24,222 bases of DNA, from assembly GCA_050118795.1 (NCBI GenBank), contig JASFKE010000001.1, forward strand, positions 1 to 24,222. The letters are read 5' to 3'. The notes under the pieces are model-generated. The model was not told the DNA's origin, did no database searches, and saw only the letters and a list, made by a program, of their open reading frames with translations. A program made the position numbers and the translations under genes. How positions within the stretch are numbered: the stretch's first letter is position 1; every line of letters starts with the position of its first letter. The DNA is from Desulfobacteraceae bacterium. Lineage in GTDB: Bacteria; Desulfobacterota; Desulfobacteria; Desulfobacterales; Desulfosarcinaceae. This document shows, piece by piece, positions 1 through 8,429 of the stretch.

Positions 1-1
1 C

Positions 2-622
2 AGGGCCATCACATACGCCATTGAACAAAATCGCTCCAGTGTGACCTTGATGCACAAAGGCAATATCATGAAATTCACCGAAGGGGCGTTTAGCCAATGG
101 GGATATGAAGTGGCCAAGGAGCAGTTTTCAGCGCAAACCATCACCGAAGCCCAATTATGGGATCAATATGGTGGACAGCGGCCCCAGGGCAAGGTGGTGA
201 TCAAAGACCGTATCGCCGATATGCTCTTTCAGCAGGTGCTGTTGCGACCGGATGAATTTGCCGTGATCGCCACTCCCAATTTGAATGGCGACTACATTTC
301 GGATGCCCTGGCCGCCCAAGTCGGTGGCCTGGGCATGGCGCCCGGGGCCAATATCGGGGATCGGTGCGCCGTATTCGAAGCCACCCATGGTACCGCGCCA
401 AAGTATGCCGGCCTGGATAAAGTCAATCCCAGCTCTCTCATTCTCTCCGGCGCCATGATGCTGGATCATATTGGGTGGTCCCAGGCGGCTGAAAATATAC
501 GCAAGGCGCTGCAAACCACTGTTCAGGACGGTGTGGTGACCTATGATCTTGCCCGGCAAATTGAAGGCGCCAGGGAAGTCAAGTGTTCGGATTTCGCTGC
601 CGCCATTGTAGAACGGCTGTGA
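2..622 (+). CDS. icd: Isocitrate dehydrogenase (E. coli-type, probably NADP-dependent), 5'-truncated by the window edge
   Basis: The frame is open from position 2 ([30 protein letters not shown]). Family motifs are [21 protein letters not shown] (the K-Y pair is typical of NADP-specific enzymes) and VTYDLAR. Confidence 0.95.
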   Translation, partial: RAITYAIEQNRSSVTLMHKGNIMKFTEGAFSQWGYEVAKEQFSAQTITEAQLWDQYGGQRPQGKVVIKDRIADMLFQQVLLRPDEFAVIATPNLNGDYISDALAAQVGGLGMAPGANIGDRCAVFEATHGTAPKYAGLDKVNPSSLILSGAMMLDHIGWSQAAENIRKALQTTVQDGVVTYDLARQIEGAREVKCSDFAAAIVERL

Positions 623-629
623 TGATAAC

Positions 630-1451
630 ATGGTTCCCGCGCAGATGAGACGGTTTTCGCAAACATGCGTTGACGCTGCCTTCCCCGTAAGATGCTTACA
701 TTGCGAGCAGATGTATTACCGGCAGCGGTCGAAGGATGCTGCCGCCCATGCGGGTCCGGGCGAACTCTACGGCTTTGGCGCTTTGATGGCGGACTATCTG
801 TGCACCCGGTGCTCTGACCTTTATGAGCCTGTCCAAACCCCACTTTGCCATAGCTGCGGTCGACCGTTTATATCCCAACAAGGTGTTGACCATGAATGCC
901 CCGATTGCCTGAAGCACGCTTTTGGTTTTGACACCGCAAGAGCTTCCGGATTGCACGAGCCGCCACTGAAGACCCTGATTCATCAGTTCAAATACCAGGG
1001 CCGCGCCGAGTTGGCGCGGCCACTGGGACGGGTGTTATGGCAGGCCCTGCAACGGTTTTATGATTGGCGATCATTTGATCTTGTCCTGCCGGTGCCGCTG
1101 CATTGGTTTCGACGATGCCGAAGGGGATTTAATCAGGCGGCGTTGCTCTTAAGGCAATGGGCAGGCCTGGCAGATGAACAAGGCGTTATATTTAACAAGT
1201 CCGTCGTATCTGAAAAAGTGTTGCTGCGCCGTCGCCATACCCCACCCCAAACCGGTTTGGGCAAGAAGCGGCGGGTCTCAAATTTGAAAAACGCTTTTTC
1301 GGTGAACAATCCGAAACAGGTGCGCAACAAGCGAATATTGCTCATCGATGATGTCTTGACCACAGGTTCTACTGTTGATGCATGCAGTAAGGTGCTTAAA
1401 TCCGCGGGGGCTGCATCAATCGATGTCTTAACGGTTGCGCGGGCCGTTTAA
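630..1451 (+). CDS. comF: ComF family protein (double zinc ribbon plus PRTase-like domain)
   Basis: N-terminal CxxC pairs (CLHC, CTRC, CHSC, CPDC), LIHQFKY, PVPLH...RGFNQA, and the PRPP-binding motif ILLIDDVLTTGST. Confidence 0.9.
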   Translation: MVPAQMRRFSQTCVDAAFPVRCLHCEQMYYRQRSKDAAAHAGPGELYGFGALMADYLCTRCSDLYEPVQTPLCHSCGRPFISQQGVDHECPDCLKHAFGFDTARASGLHEPPLKTLIHQFKYQGRAELARPLGRVLWQALQRFYDWRSFDLVLPVPLHWFRRCRRGFNQAALLLRQWAGLADEQGVIFNKSVVSEKVLLRRRHTPPQTGLGKKRRVSNLKNAFSVNNPKQVRNKRILLIDDVLTTGSTVDACSKVLKSAGAASIDVLTVARAV

Positions 1452-1485
1452 TCTTGAAGCCGATAAAATAGGAAGGTTGAATTAA

Positions 1486-2316
1486 ATGCGCTTAATCCAT
1501 GACGCTGGGTTAAAATGCTTTCAGTTCCCTGCCTTGGCGAAACTGTCTGGTTTTTTTCATGGGATTTTCCCACGCCGGGCCGCTGTTGGTCAAATCCGTG
1601 GCGATGATTTTAATCTTGGTTTGGGAGACGGAACTTCACATGATGATATTTTGCGAAACCGTAAGGAGATGTTAGCTTTTTTCGGATCGGATTATTGGAG
1701 CGTCTATGCCAACCAGGTTCATGGCAAAGGCGTTGGTATTCTAAAACAGAGTGAAGAACCCATTGCGCCACCGTCCGCCGATTCCATTCGATTGGATGGA
1801 GACGCATTGATTTCCGATATGCCGGCGGTGGGCCTGGTCATCCAGGTGGCGGACTGTCAGCCCATCATTATAGTCGATCCTGTGAAAAGGGTGGTGGCGA
1901 ATATCCATTCCGGATGGCGCGGCAGCATTCAGAATGTGATCGGTAAAACTGTGGCGCGTATGGCGTCAGATCTATCATGCCGGCCGGAGAATCTGATCTG
2001 TGGCATCGGTCCTTCACTGGGACCTTGTTGTGCCGAGTTTGTCAATTATAAAAAAGAGATTCCCGATTCGTTTTGGGAGTATCGAAGCACAGGTGATCTC
2101 TTCGATTTTTGGCGGATCAGCATGGACCAATTAATAGAGGCCGGTGTCAGACCGGAAAAAATCAGTGTGGCCGGAATGTGTACCAAATGTAATCAACACC
2201 TTTTTTTCTCTTATCGAGGAGAGAAATACACCGGAAGGTTTGCGGCCGTGGTGGGGATTCGGCCTGACAAGAGCGATAAATGGGGGGAGCATGGTTCAGC
2301 ACAAAGCGACGGTTAA
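1486..2316 (+). CDS. pgeF: PgeF/YfiH family (peptidoglycan editing factor / purine nucleoside phosphorylase-like)
   Basis: Motifs NQVHG, DGDALIS, VADCQP, HSGWRG, IGPSLGPCC and CTKC..FFSYR. SD-like aggaagg lies upstream. Confidence 0.9.
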   Translation: MRLIHDAGLKCFQFPALAKLSGFFHGIFPRRAAVGQIRGDDFNLGLGDGTSHDDILRNRKEMLAFFGSDYWSVYANQVHGKGVGILKQSEEPIAPPSADSIRLDGDALISDMPAVGLVIQVADCQPIIIVDPVKRVVANIHSGWRGSIQNVIGKTVARMASDLSCRPENLICGIGPSLGPCCAEFVNYKKEIPDSFWEYRSTGDLFDFWRISMDQLIEAGVRPEKISVAGMCTKCNQHLFFSYRGEKYTGRFAAVVGIRPDKSDKWGEHGSAQSDG

Positions 2317-3088
2317 ATGGAACAAGCCGATAGGCCAGGAGTGTTTCCACATGGGGCTGGCGACAAATCAGGCGTTCGCCAAAACCGCGCCGGGCCAATT
2401 CATCATGGCCCAGGTCGTTGTCCACCAGTCGCCTTTGCTGCGTCGCCCATTGTCTGTTTTCGGTCTCATCGAGGGGCGGCAAGGTTTCGAAGGCATCGAA
2501 CTGCTCATCAAAGTGGTGGGGAAAGGGACCCGACTGCTCTCTCAATTGCGGCCCGGAGAGACATTGGATCTACTTGGGCCGTTGGGTCATGGGTTTCGTT
2601 TAAACCCAGACCATCATCGCATCTATCTTGCCGCGGGCGGCATCGGAGTCGCCCCCATTCGCTTTTTAGCTGCCGAGCTTATAAAACGTGGAACTTCTCC
2701 TGATAGCTGCCGACTTTTTATTGGCGGGCGCAGCAAGCAGGATCTTCTATTCCTTGAAGAATTTAGAAGTTTGGGGATCGCCGTTTCGGTGACCACAGAT
2801 GACGGCAGTGAAGGGGATCAATGCCTGATCACCGACCCCTTGGAGTCGGCCATCGCCGAGTCGGCCCCGGATATGGTTTATGCCTGCGGACCCCATGGCA
2901 TGCTGGCCTGTATTGCCGGTATTGTCGAGCGCACAGATGTGGCTTGCCAAGTTTCCATTGAGACCTTGATGGCATGCGGATTGGGTGCTTGCTTGGGATG
3001 TGCCGTCGAGTCGCGGAACGATCCGGATGCCTATTTGCATGCTTGCGTCAACGGCCCTGTATTCAATGCAGCGGATATCCAGTTATAA
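2291..3088 (+). CDS. pyrK: Dihydroorotate dehydrogenase electron transfer subunit
   Basis: PGQF, LRRPLS, GPLGHGF, AGGIGVAP, YACGP and the C-terminal 2Fe-2S motif MACGLGACLGC...C..GPVF. Start moved to ATG 2291 after GGGGAG; it overlaps the pgeF end. Confidence 0.9.
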   Translation: MVQHKATVKWNKPIGQECFHMGLATNQAFAKTAPGQFIMAQVVVHQSPLLRRPLSVFGLIEGRQGFEGIELLIKVVGKGTRLLSQLRPGETLDLLGPLGHGFRLNPDHHRIYLAAGGIGVAPIRFLAAELIKRGTSPDSCRLFIGGRSKQDLLFLEEFRSLGIAVSVTTDDGSEGDQCLITDPLESAIAESAPDMVYACGPHGMLACIAGIVERTDVACQVSIETLMACGLGACLGCAVESRNDPDAYLHACVNGPVFNAADIQL

Positions 3089-3207
3089 TGGTTTTCGGTT
3101 GCCAATTTTCGTTGACTTGGCCAAGGAGCTATGGTAGTCCTGCAATCTTCTATTTGTGATCGGGTTGCCGGTACCGTAACAGAACACATCAGGTTAAATT
3201 ACTGATT

Positions 3208-3426
3208 TTGAAAAAAAAAGACTGGCGCTATATCAAGGAGATGGCTTATTTTAGTAGCCTCGGGCTCCAAGTGGCACTTTCGATTTTTATCGGATACGGG
3301 TTGGGCCACTACCTTGATGGTAAATTTGATACAAAGCCGTGGCTGACCATCATCTGCTTCTTTCTGGGGGTGGCGGCGGCTTTTCGGAACCTCGGTTTGG
3401 CCATTAAAAAACTGCGAAAATTTTAA
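3208..3426 (+). CDS. AtpZ/AtpI family ATP synthase accessory membrane protein
   Basis: 72 aa with a TTG start. Pattern SSLGLQVALSIFIG..LG.YLD.KFDTKPWLTII...GV.AAF is typical of AtpZ/AtpI. First gene of the Fo cluster. Confidence 0.85.
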   Translation: MKKKDWRYIKEMAYFSSLGLQVALSIFIGYGLGHYLDGKFDTKPWLTIICFFLGVAAAFRNLGLAIKKLRKF

Positions 3427-3444
3427 ACCGATGAAAGTCGACCC

Positions 3445-3831
3445 GTGAAGACGCAGCAACGCATTCTCAATTTTGTCACCTACTCGAATTGGCTACTTCT
3501 GATTATTGCCAGCGCAGTTGGCTTCTCCCAATTTTCCCTTGGCGTCGGCTTAGGCATCCTCACCGGCGGCCTTATCGTCACAATCAATTTTCACTTGTTA
3601 GCCAAGACTTTGCGAAAGGCCTTCAAACCGCCCCATATCGCCTCAGTTGGAGGCGTGATAGCAAAATATTACATCCGGTTTTTGATTACGGCGATCATTA
3701 TCAGCCTGTTGATGGTTTCGAAGCAAGTAGACCCCATGGGGTTGATCGTCGGTTTATCCGTTGTGGTGGCAAGCATGATGTTAGCCACTTTGAACGAAGT
3801 GCGGCAACTTATCACGAAGGAGGCAGGTTAA
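3445..3831 (+). CDS. atpI: ATP synthase subunit I-like membrane protein
   Basis: 128 aa, GTG start, about four hydrophobic segments, KYYIRF motif, directly upstream of atpB. Confidence 0.8.
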   Translation: MKTQQRILNFVTYSNWLLLIIASAVGFSQFSLGVGLGILTGGLIVTINFHLLAKTLRKAFKPPHIASVGGVIAKYYIRFLITAIIISLLMVSKQVDPMGLIVGLSVVVASMMLATLNEVRQLITKEAG

Positions 3832-3833
3832 GG

Positions 3834-4523
3834 ATGGAGCACCCCTATCTATTCTTGGTAAAACTTTTCGAGGCCATAGGACTGGGCCACTTTGCACACG
3901 TGGGCACCCATATTATCTATACATGGTTTGTGATGCTACTGCTGATTGTCAGCGGATCCATAGCGGCCAAAAGCCTGAGCCTGGTACCCACCCAGATGCA
4001 GAATCTCTTTGAGATCATCGTCAGCGGGATTGAAGAGTTCATGGTAGAGATCACAGGCGAGGAGGGGCGTTGGCTCTTTCCCTTGGTTGCCACCTTGTTT
4101 CTCTACATCTTTATCAGTAACCTGATCGGAATCGTACCCGGTCTTTTCCCGCCGACCGCCAATATCAACACCACACTGAGTTGTGCACTGGTCGTGTTTG
4201 TATTTACCCATTTTATTGGTATCAAATACCACGGCGCTAAATATATCAAACACTTTTTGGGCCCTGTATGGTGGTTGGCCCCGCTGATTTTTCTGATAGA
4301 GTTAATCGGCCATGTGGCGCGTATTCTCTCCCTGACATTCCGACTGTTCGGTAATATGATGGGCCATGAAATCGTGTTAAGTATTCTGTTTGGATTGGCC
4401 GGTCTGTTTTTAGCCCCCCTGCCCATCATGGGGCTGGGCATATTTGTCGCATTTGTTCAAGCGTTTGTCTTTTTCCTGTTGTCCATCATTTACTTCAGCG
4501 GATCCATGGAGCATGCCCACTGA
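3834..4523 (+). CDS. atpB: Fo ATP synthase subunit a
   Basis: P..MQNLFE, SNLIGIVPG..PPTANINTT, and RILSLTFRLFGN with the essential Arg, plus AFVQAFVF.LL. Start set at ATG 3834 (MEHPY) behind aggaggcagg. Confidence 0.95.
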   Translation: MEHPYLFLVKLFEAIGLGHFAHVGTHIIYTWFVMLLLIVSGSIAAKSLSLVPTQMQNLFEIIVSGIEEFMVEITGEEGRWLFPLVATLFLYIFISNLIGIVPGLFPPTANINTTLSCALVVFVFTHFIGIKYHGAKYIKHFLGPVWWLAPLIFLIELIGHVARILSLTFRLFGNMMGHEIVLSILFGLAGLFLAPLPIMGLGIFVAFVQAFVFFLLSIIYFSGSMEHAH

Positions 4524-4689
4524 TAAAGGGGCGTGATGCCGCATTGATGCAAGAGACGACGCCGTGGGATGGGGGAGAGGGATTTGATTTGACCCTGCTG
4601 TTTATGGTTTGCGAGAAAAAGCTCTTGTAGAGCGTATATATAAGTAAGGAAGAAGCCGATTTATTACACTATTAAAGGAGGAACAATTA

Positions 4690-4980
4690 ATGAGCGTTAT
4701 TGATCTTTTTATGGCATGTGCCACAGCAGCGGGTTTCGGAATAGCGATTGCAGCCTTTGGTTGCGGTATTGGTCAGGGCCTCGGCCTGAAATCCGCTGTT
4801 GAGGGGATTGCCCGCAATCCTGAGTCTTCAGGTAAAGTTACCGTAACCATGCTCATCGGTCTGGCCATGATCGAGTCTCTGTGTATTTACGCCCTGGTTA
4901 TTTCCCTGATGCTTCTCACAACCAAGATGCCTGCGTTGGATGCTATAATGGAGTTAGCCGGAAAAGCTGCGGGCCACTAA
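4690..4980 (+). CDS. atpE: Fo ATP synthase subunit c
   Basis: GIGQG, ARNPE loop, and IESLCIY carrying the proton-binding Glu. Strong SD aaggagg. Confidence 0.95.
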   Translation: MSVIDLFMACATAAGFGIAIAAFGCGIGQGLGLKSAVEGIARNPESSGKVTVTMLIGLAMIESLCIYALVISLMLLTTKMPALDAIMELAGKAAGH

Positions 4981-5003
4981 AGTCGATCCAACAAATATCT
5001 TTT

Positions 5004-5040
5004 AAAGGGCCTTTTCCCTGCGCCAGGGAGAGGGCCTTTT
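5004..5040. terminator. Bidirectional intrinsic terminator between atpE and uvrA
   Basis: AAAGGGCCTTTTCCCTG-CGC-CAGGGAGAGGGCCTTTT forms a 17-bp stem when G-U pairs are allowed. T-rich tails lie on both sides, between convergent genes. Confidence 0.85.
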
Positions 5041-5052
5041 CTGTTTATAGCG

Positions 5053-7881
5053 CTATGGGGTAAACAGGGGCCTTAAAAATTGGCCGGTATATGAATGTTC
5101 CTCCATGGCAAGCTCCTCCGGTGTCCCGGTCGCCACAATATAGCCACCAGCGTCTCCGCCTTCCGGGCCCAGATCGATGATGTAGTCAGCGGTTTTGATT
5201 ACATCCAGATTGTGCTCGATAACGATAACCGTGTTGCCATAGTCCACCAAACGATTGAGAACCAGCAACAAGTTGTTAATATCTTCCATGTGCAGGCCCG
5301 TGGTAGGTTCATCCAGGATATAGATCGTGCGACCGGTACTGCGCTTGCTCAATTCGCGGGCCAACTTGACCCGCTGGGCTTCGCCGCCTGAAAGTGTTGT
5401 CGCCGGCTGGCCCAGATGGATGTACCCCAATCCAACATCGACCAAAGTTTTCAGCCTCTCGCGAACCGGGCCGATCCGTGAGAAAAAGGCCAATGCCTGG
5501 TGGACCGGCATATCAAGTACTTCGGCAATGTTTTTTCCTTTGTAGCGTACCTCCAAGGTTTCCCGGTTGTAGCATTTTCCATGGCAAACATCGCATGGTA
5601 CATAGATGTCGGGTAGAAATTGCATCCCAATTTTGACGATACCGTCGCCCTTGCATGATTCGCATCGTCCGCCTTTGACATTAAAGCTGAACCTGCCGGG
5701 TTTGAATCCGCGCATTCGAGATTCTGTTGTTTTGGAAAAGAGCTCCCGGATAAAATTAAAGGCGCCGGTGTAGGTTGCGGGATTTGAGCGCGGTGTCCTT
5801 CCGATGGGGCTTTGATCGACATTGATGACTTTATCGATAAGCTCCAGACCGTCGATGGATGTATATTGGCCACTGGTTACCCTTGAACGGTAAAGATGCT
5901 GGTTCAGCGCTTTGTAGAGGGTCTCGATGACCAGGGAGGATTTTCCGGAACCGGACAGACCGGTGACACAAATCAGGCGTCCCAGGGGAAATGATACATC
6001 GATTTTCTTTAAATTGTTATGACAGGCGCCCTTCACCGTCAGGACCCCTGCCTTGGGGCAGCGGCGCAAAGGGGGGATGGCGATCTTTCGAGTACCGTTG
6101 AGATAGCGTCCGGTGATGGATTTACGGCATTGAGAGAGCATTTCGGGATCGCCTGCGAAAACGACATGCCCGCCTTTCGTTCCGGCTCCCGGTCCCATAT
6201 CGATGACGTAATCGGCCGACATAATGGTTTCGGGGTCATGTTCCACCACTAAAACGGTATTGCCCAGATCCCGCAATTTGAAAAGGGTATGGCGCAGTTT
6301 CTGATTATCTTTGGGGTGAAGCCCGATACTGGGTTCATCCAATACATATAAGACCCCTGTCAGTTTGGCACCGATCTGTGTGGCTAGTCGAATCCGCTGG
6401 CTCTCTCCACCAGAAAGGGTGTGGGCGGCGCGATCCAAGGTCAGGTAGGACAACCCCACATCCCGAAGAAATGTCAAACGTTCAACAATTTTCAGGGTTA
6501 TCTTTTCGGCGATGATACCCTTTTGGCCTTCCGGTGCCAGTTTCAGGAAAAAAGAGAGTGCTTTGGAAATCGAAAGCCGGGTGAGCTCATCGATAGGCAA
6601 TCCGTTGACTTTTACGCTGCGGCTTTCAGGCCTCAAGCGTGATCCATGGCACAGCGGACATGGGCGCATGGTCATATAGTTCTGCAATTCTTGGCGAACC
6701 GGCCCTGAAGAGGTTTCAAGATAGCGTCGTTTCAATTGGGCCATCAGCCCCTCGAAAGGCTTTGACACGGTTCGCTCTGATGCGTTGCCGCCCGGAAAGG
6801 GGATCTGTCGATCGCCGGATCCAAAAAACAGGGCGTGTCGAAATGTTTCAGGTAAATCTTTAAACGGAGTGTAAATGTCCGTTTGATAACTCCCGGCGAA
6901 TCCATCGATAAATTCGGTGAAGTGAAGTGAAGTGCGGTTCGCCCACGGTGCAATCGCCCCCTCTCTTAGCGACAGCTCTTGATTGGGCACAATCAAATCC
7001 GGATCGAACAAAGCGTTGGTCCCCAGGCCGGAGCACTCTGCGCAGGCGCCTCGGGGAGAATTAAAGGAGAAACTTGCCGGTGACAGCTCCGGGCTGTGGA
7101 CTCCGCAGGTAGAGCAAACAGGTGTTTCACTAAATTGTAAGGTTTTGCAAGGCTGGCCGGAGGCCATTGGCAATAACAAGATCTCCACCCTGCCGCTGGA
7201 GATGGACAGCGCCAACTCTAAAGAGTCTGCTAACCGGTTGCGCAGGCCGGGTTTTAGAATCAGGCGGTCAACCACTACATCCAGTGAGTGGCTTTGATTT
7301 TTTGACAAGGCGCCCACAGCATCAATATCCAATACTTCGCCATCGATACGGACCCTGGCAAACCCGTCCTTTTTAAGCTTATTGATCACCGTTGCAAGGC
7401 TTGCTTTTTGGTTCCGCACAACAGGTGCGAGGATAAGGAATTTGGTACCCTGGTCATGACCGGCGATGGTCTCGACCATTTGGTCTACGCTTTGGGAGGT
7501 GATGGGCGTGCCGCATTGGTGGCAGTGAATCGTTCCAATGCGCGAGTACAACAGACGCAGATAGTCATATATCTCAGTGGCAGTGCCCACGGTGGACCGG
7601 GGATTGTGACTGGCTGTGTTTTGATCGATGGCAATGGCCGGAGAGAGACCTTCGATCAGGTCCACATCAGGTTTTTCCATCCGTTCAAGGAATTGACGCG
7701 CGTAGGCTGAAAGGGATTCGACATAGCGACGCTGGCCTTCGGCATACAAAGTGTCAAACGCAAAGGTGGATTTGCCTGATCCGGACAACCCCGTAATCAC
7801 GACCATTTGGTTTCGCGGGATATCGACATCGATATTTTTAAGATTGTGCTGTCGCGCTCCGCGAATCGTTATCGTGTTCAT
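5053..7881 (-). CDS. uvrA: Excinuclease ABC subunit A
   Basis: 942 aa. IRGARQHNLKNI, two Walker A motifs (GLSGSGKS twice), two LSGGE signature motifs, zinc-finger CxxC pairs, PIGRTPRSNP. Confidence 0.98.
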   Translation of the reverse strand: MNTITIRGARQHNLKNIDVDIPRNQMVVITGLSGSGKSTFAFDTLYAEGQRRYVESLSAYARQFLERMEKPDVDLIEGLSPAIAIDQNTASHNPRSTVGTATEIYDYLRLLYSRIGTIHCHQCGTPITSQSVDQMVETIAGHDQGTKFLILAPVVRNQKASLATVINKLKKDGFARVRIDGEVLDIDAVGALSKNQSHSLDVVVDRLILKPGLRNRLADSLELALSISSGRVEILLLPMASGQPCKTLQFSETPVCSTCGVHSPELSPASFSFNSPRGACAECSGLGTNALFDPDLIVPNQELSLREGAIAPWANRTSLHFTEFIDGFAGSYQTDIYTPFKDLPETFRHALFFGSGDRQIPFPGGNASERTVSKPFEGLMAQLKRRYLETSSGPVRQELQNYMTMRPCPLCHGSRLRPESRSVKVNGLPIDELTRLSISKALSFFLKLAPEGQKGIIAEKITLKIVERLTFLRDVGLSYLTLDRAAHTLSGGESQRIRLATQIGAKLTGVLYVLDEPSIGLHPKDNQKLRHTLFKLRDLGNTVLVVEHDPETIMSADYVIDMGPGAGTKGGHVVFAGDPEMLSQCRKSITGRYLNGTRKIAIPPLRRCPKAGVLTVKGACHNNLKKIDVSFPLGRLICVTGLSGSGKSSLVIETLYKALNQHLYRSRVTSGQYTSIDGLELIDKVINVDQSPIGRTPRSNPATYTGAFNFIRELFSKTTESRMRGFKPGRFSFNVKGGRCESCKGDGIVKIGMQFLPDIYVPCDVCHGKCYNRETLEVRYKGKNIAEVLDMPVHQALAFFSRIGPVRERLKTLVDVGLGYIHLGQPATTLSGGEAQRVKLARELSKRSTGRTIYILDEPTTGLHMEDINNLLLVLNRLVDYGNTVIVIEHNLDVIKTADYIIDLGPEGGDAGGYIVATGTPEELAMEEHSYTGQFLRPLFTP

Positions 7882-7928
7882 CTTCTGTCATTGGTCTCTT
7901 TGGCGATTGCAAGCCTTACGTTTAATCT

Positions 7929-7957
7929 TTCATACCGCTGTGTTTCGTATTTGTAAA
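7929..7957 (-). promoter_or_regulatory. Candidate sigma70 promoter for uvrA
   Basis: Minus strand TTTACA-N17-TATGAA, about 50 nt upstream of the start codon. Matched by eye only. Confidence 0.3.
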
Positions 7958-8255
7958 TCGATATGTTAATTTTGCCATAACCGATAGGTCACGGGCGTTG
8001 AGTCTAAAACAGATCGTAAAATTAGAAAAAAGAAGGAAATAGGAGTAAATCGAAGTTTTTTACGTGCGCAGGCGTTGTCGGTTTAGTGCCGATAACTATG
8101 GATATGCTTAAAATGCTTACGGATAGCTAAGATGATCAATGTGTTTGCCACAGGGGGATTGCTGTGTCAAATCAAAAAAAAAGTATTAATTACAATATGA
8201 TATGAATCGTTTAAAAAATGTAAGAATTGTGTTAGAAGAATCCCGGTCTTTCGGT

Positions 8256-8282
8256 TTGACAAAATGATGCTCCTCTCATAAT
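8256..8282 (+). promoter_or_regulatory. Candidate sigma70 promoter for the dnaA paralog
   Basis: TTGACA (8256-8261) and CATAAT (8277-8282). The 15-nt spacer is short, hence low confidence. Confidence 0.3.
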
Positions 8283-8429
8283 AAGAGACCATACTCTTCA
8301 ACGTGAGTGCGAGACTGACGTTTAACCTGTATATTTACGTTCCCTGTTTACTATTGTTGGAAGCTGTACACTTGAACTGCCACTGTGCGGTTGACATACG
8401 CATTAGCCTATGGAGTAAGGTTCGGATCT

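Noticed and set aside
3154-3170. Rex operator upstream of the atp genes (TTTGTGA)
   Set aside because: Only one half-site is present, with no TCACAA partner.
4690-4980. Na+-coupled ATP synthase (Q, E, S and Y present in subunit c)
   Set aside because: The motif is ESLCIY, lacking the Thr after ES/ET seen in Na+ types. Similar ESL motifs occur in H+-coupled cyanobacterial c subunits.
8327-8342. E. coli-type LexA box starting CTGTATAT
   Set aside because: The right half is GTTC rather than ACAG, and the site is far from uvrA.
7882-8429. oriC upstream of dnaA
   Set aside because: I found no perfect TTATCCACA boxes or DnaA-trio run, and there is no dnaN/gyrB context.
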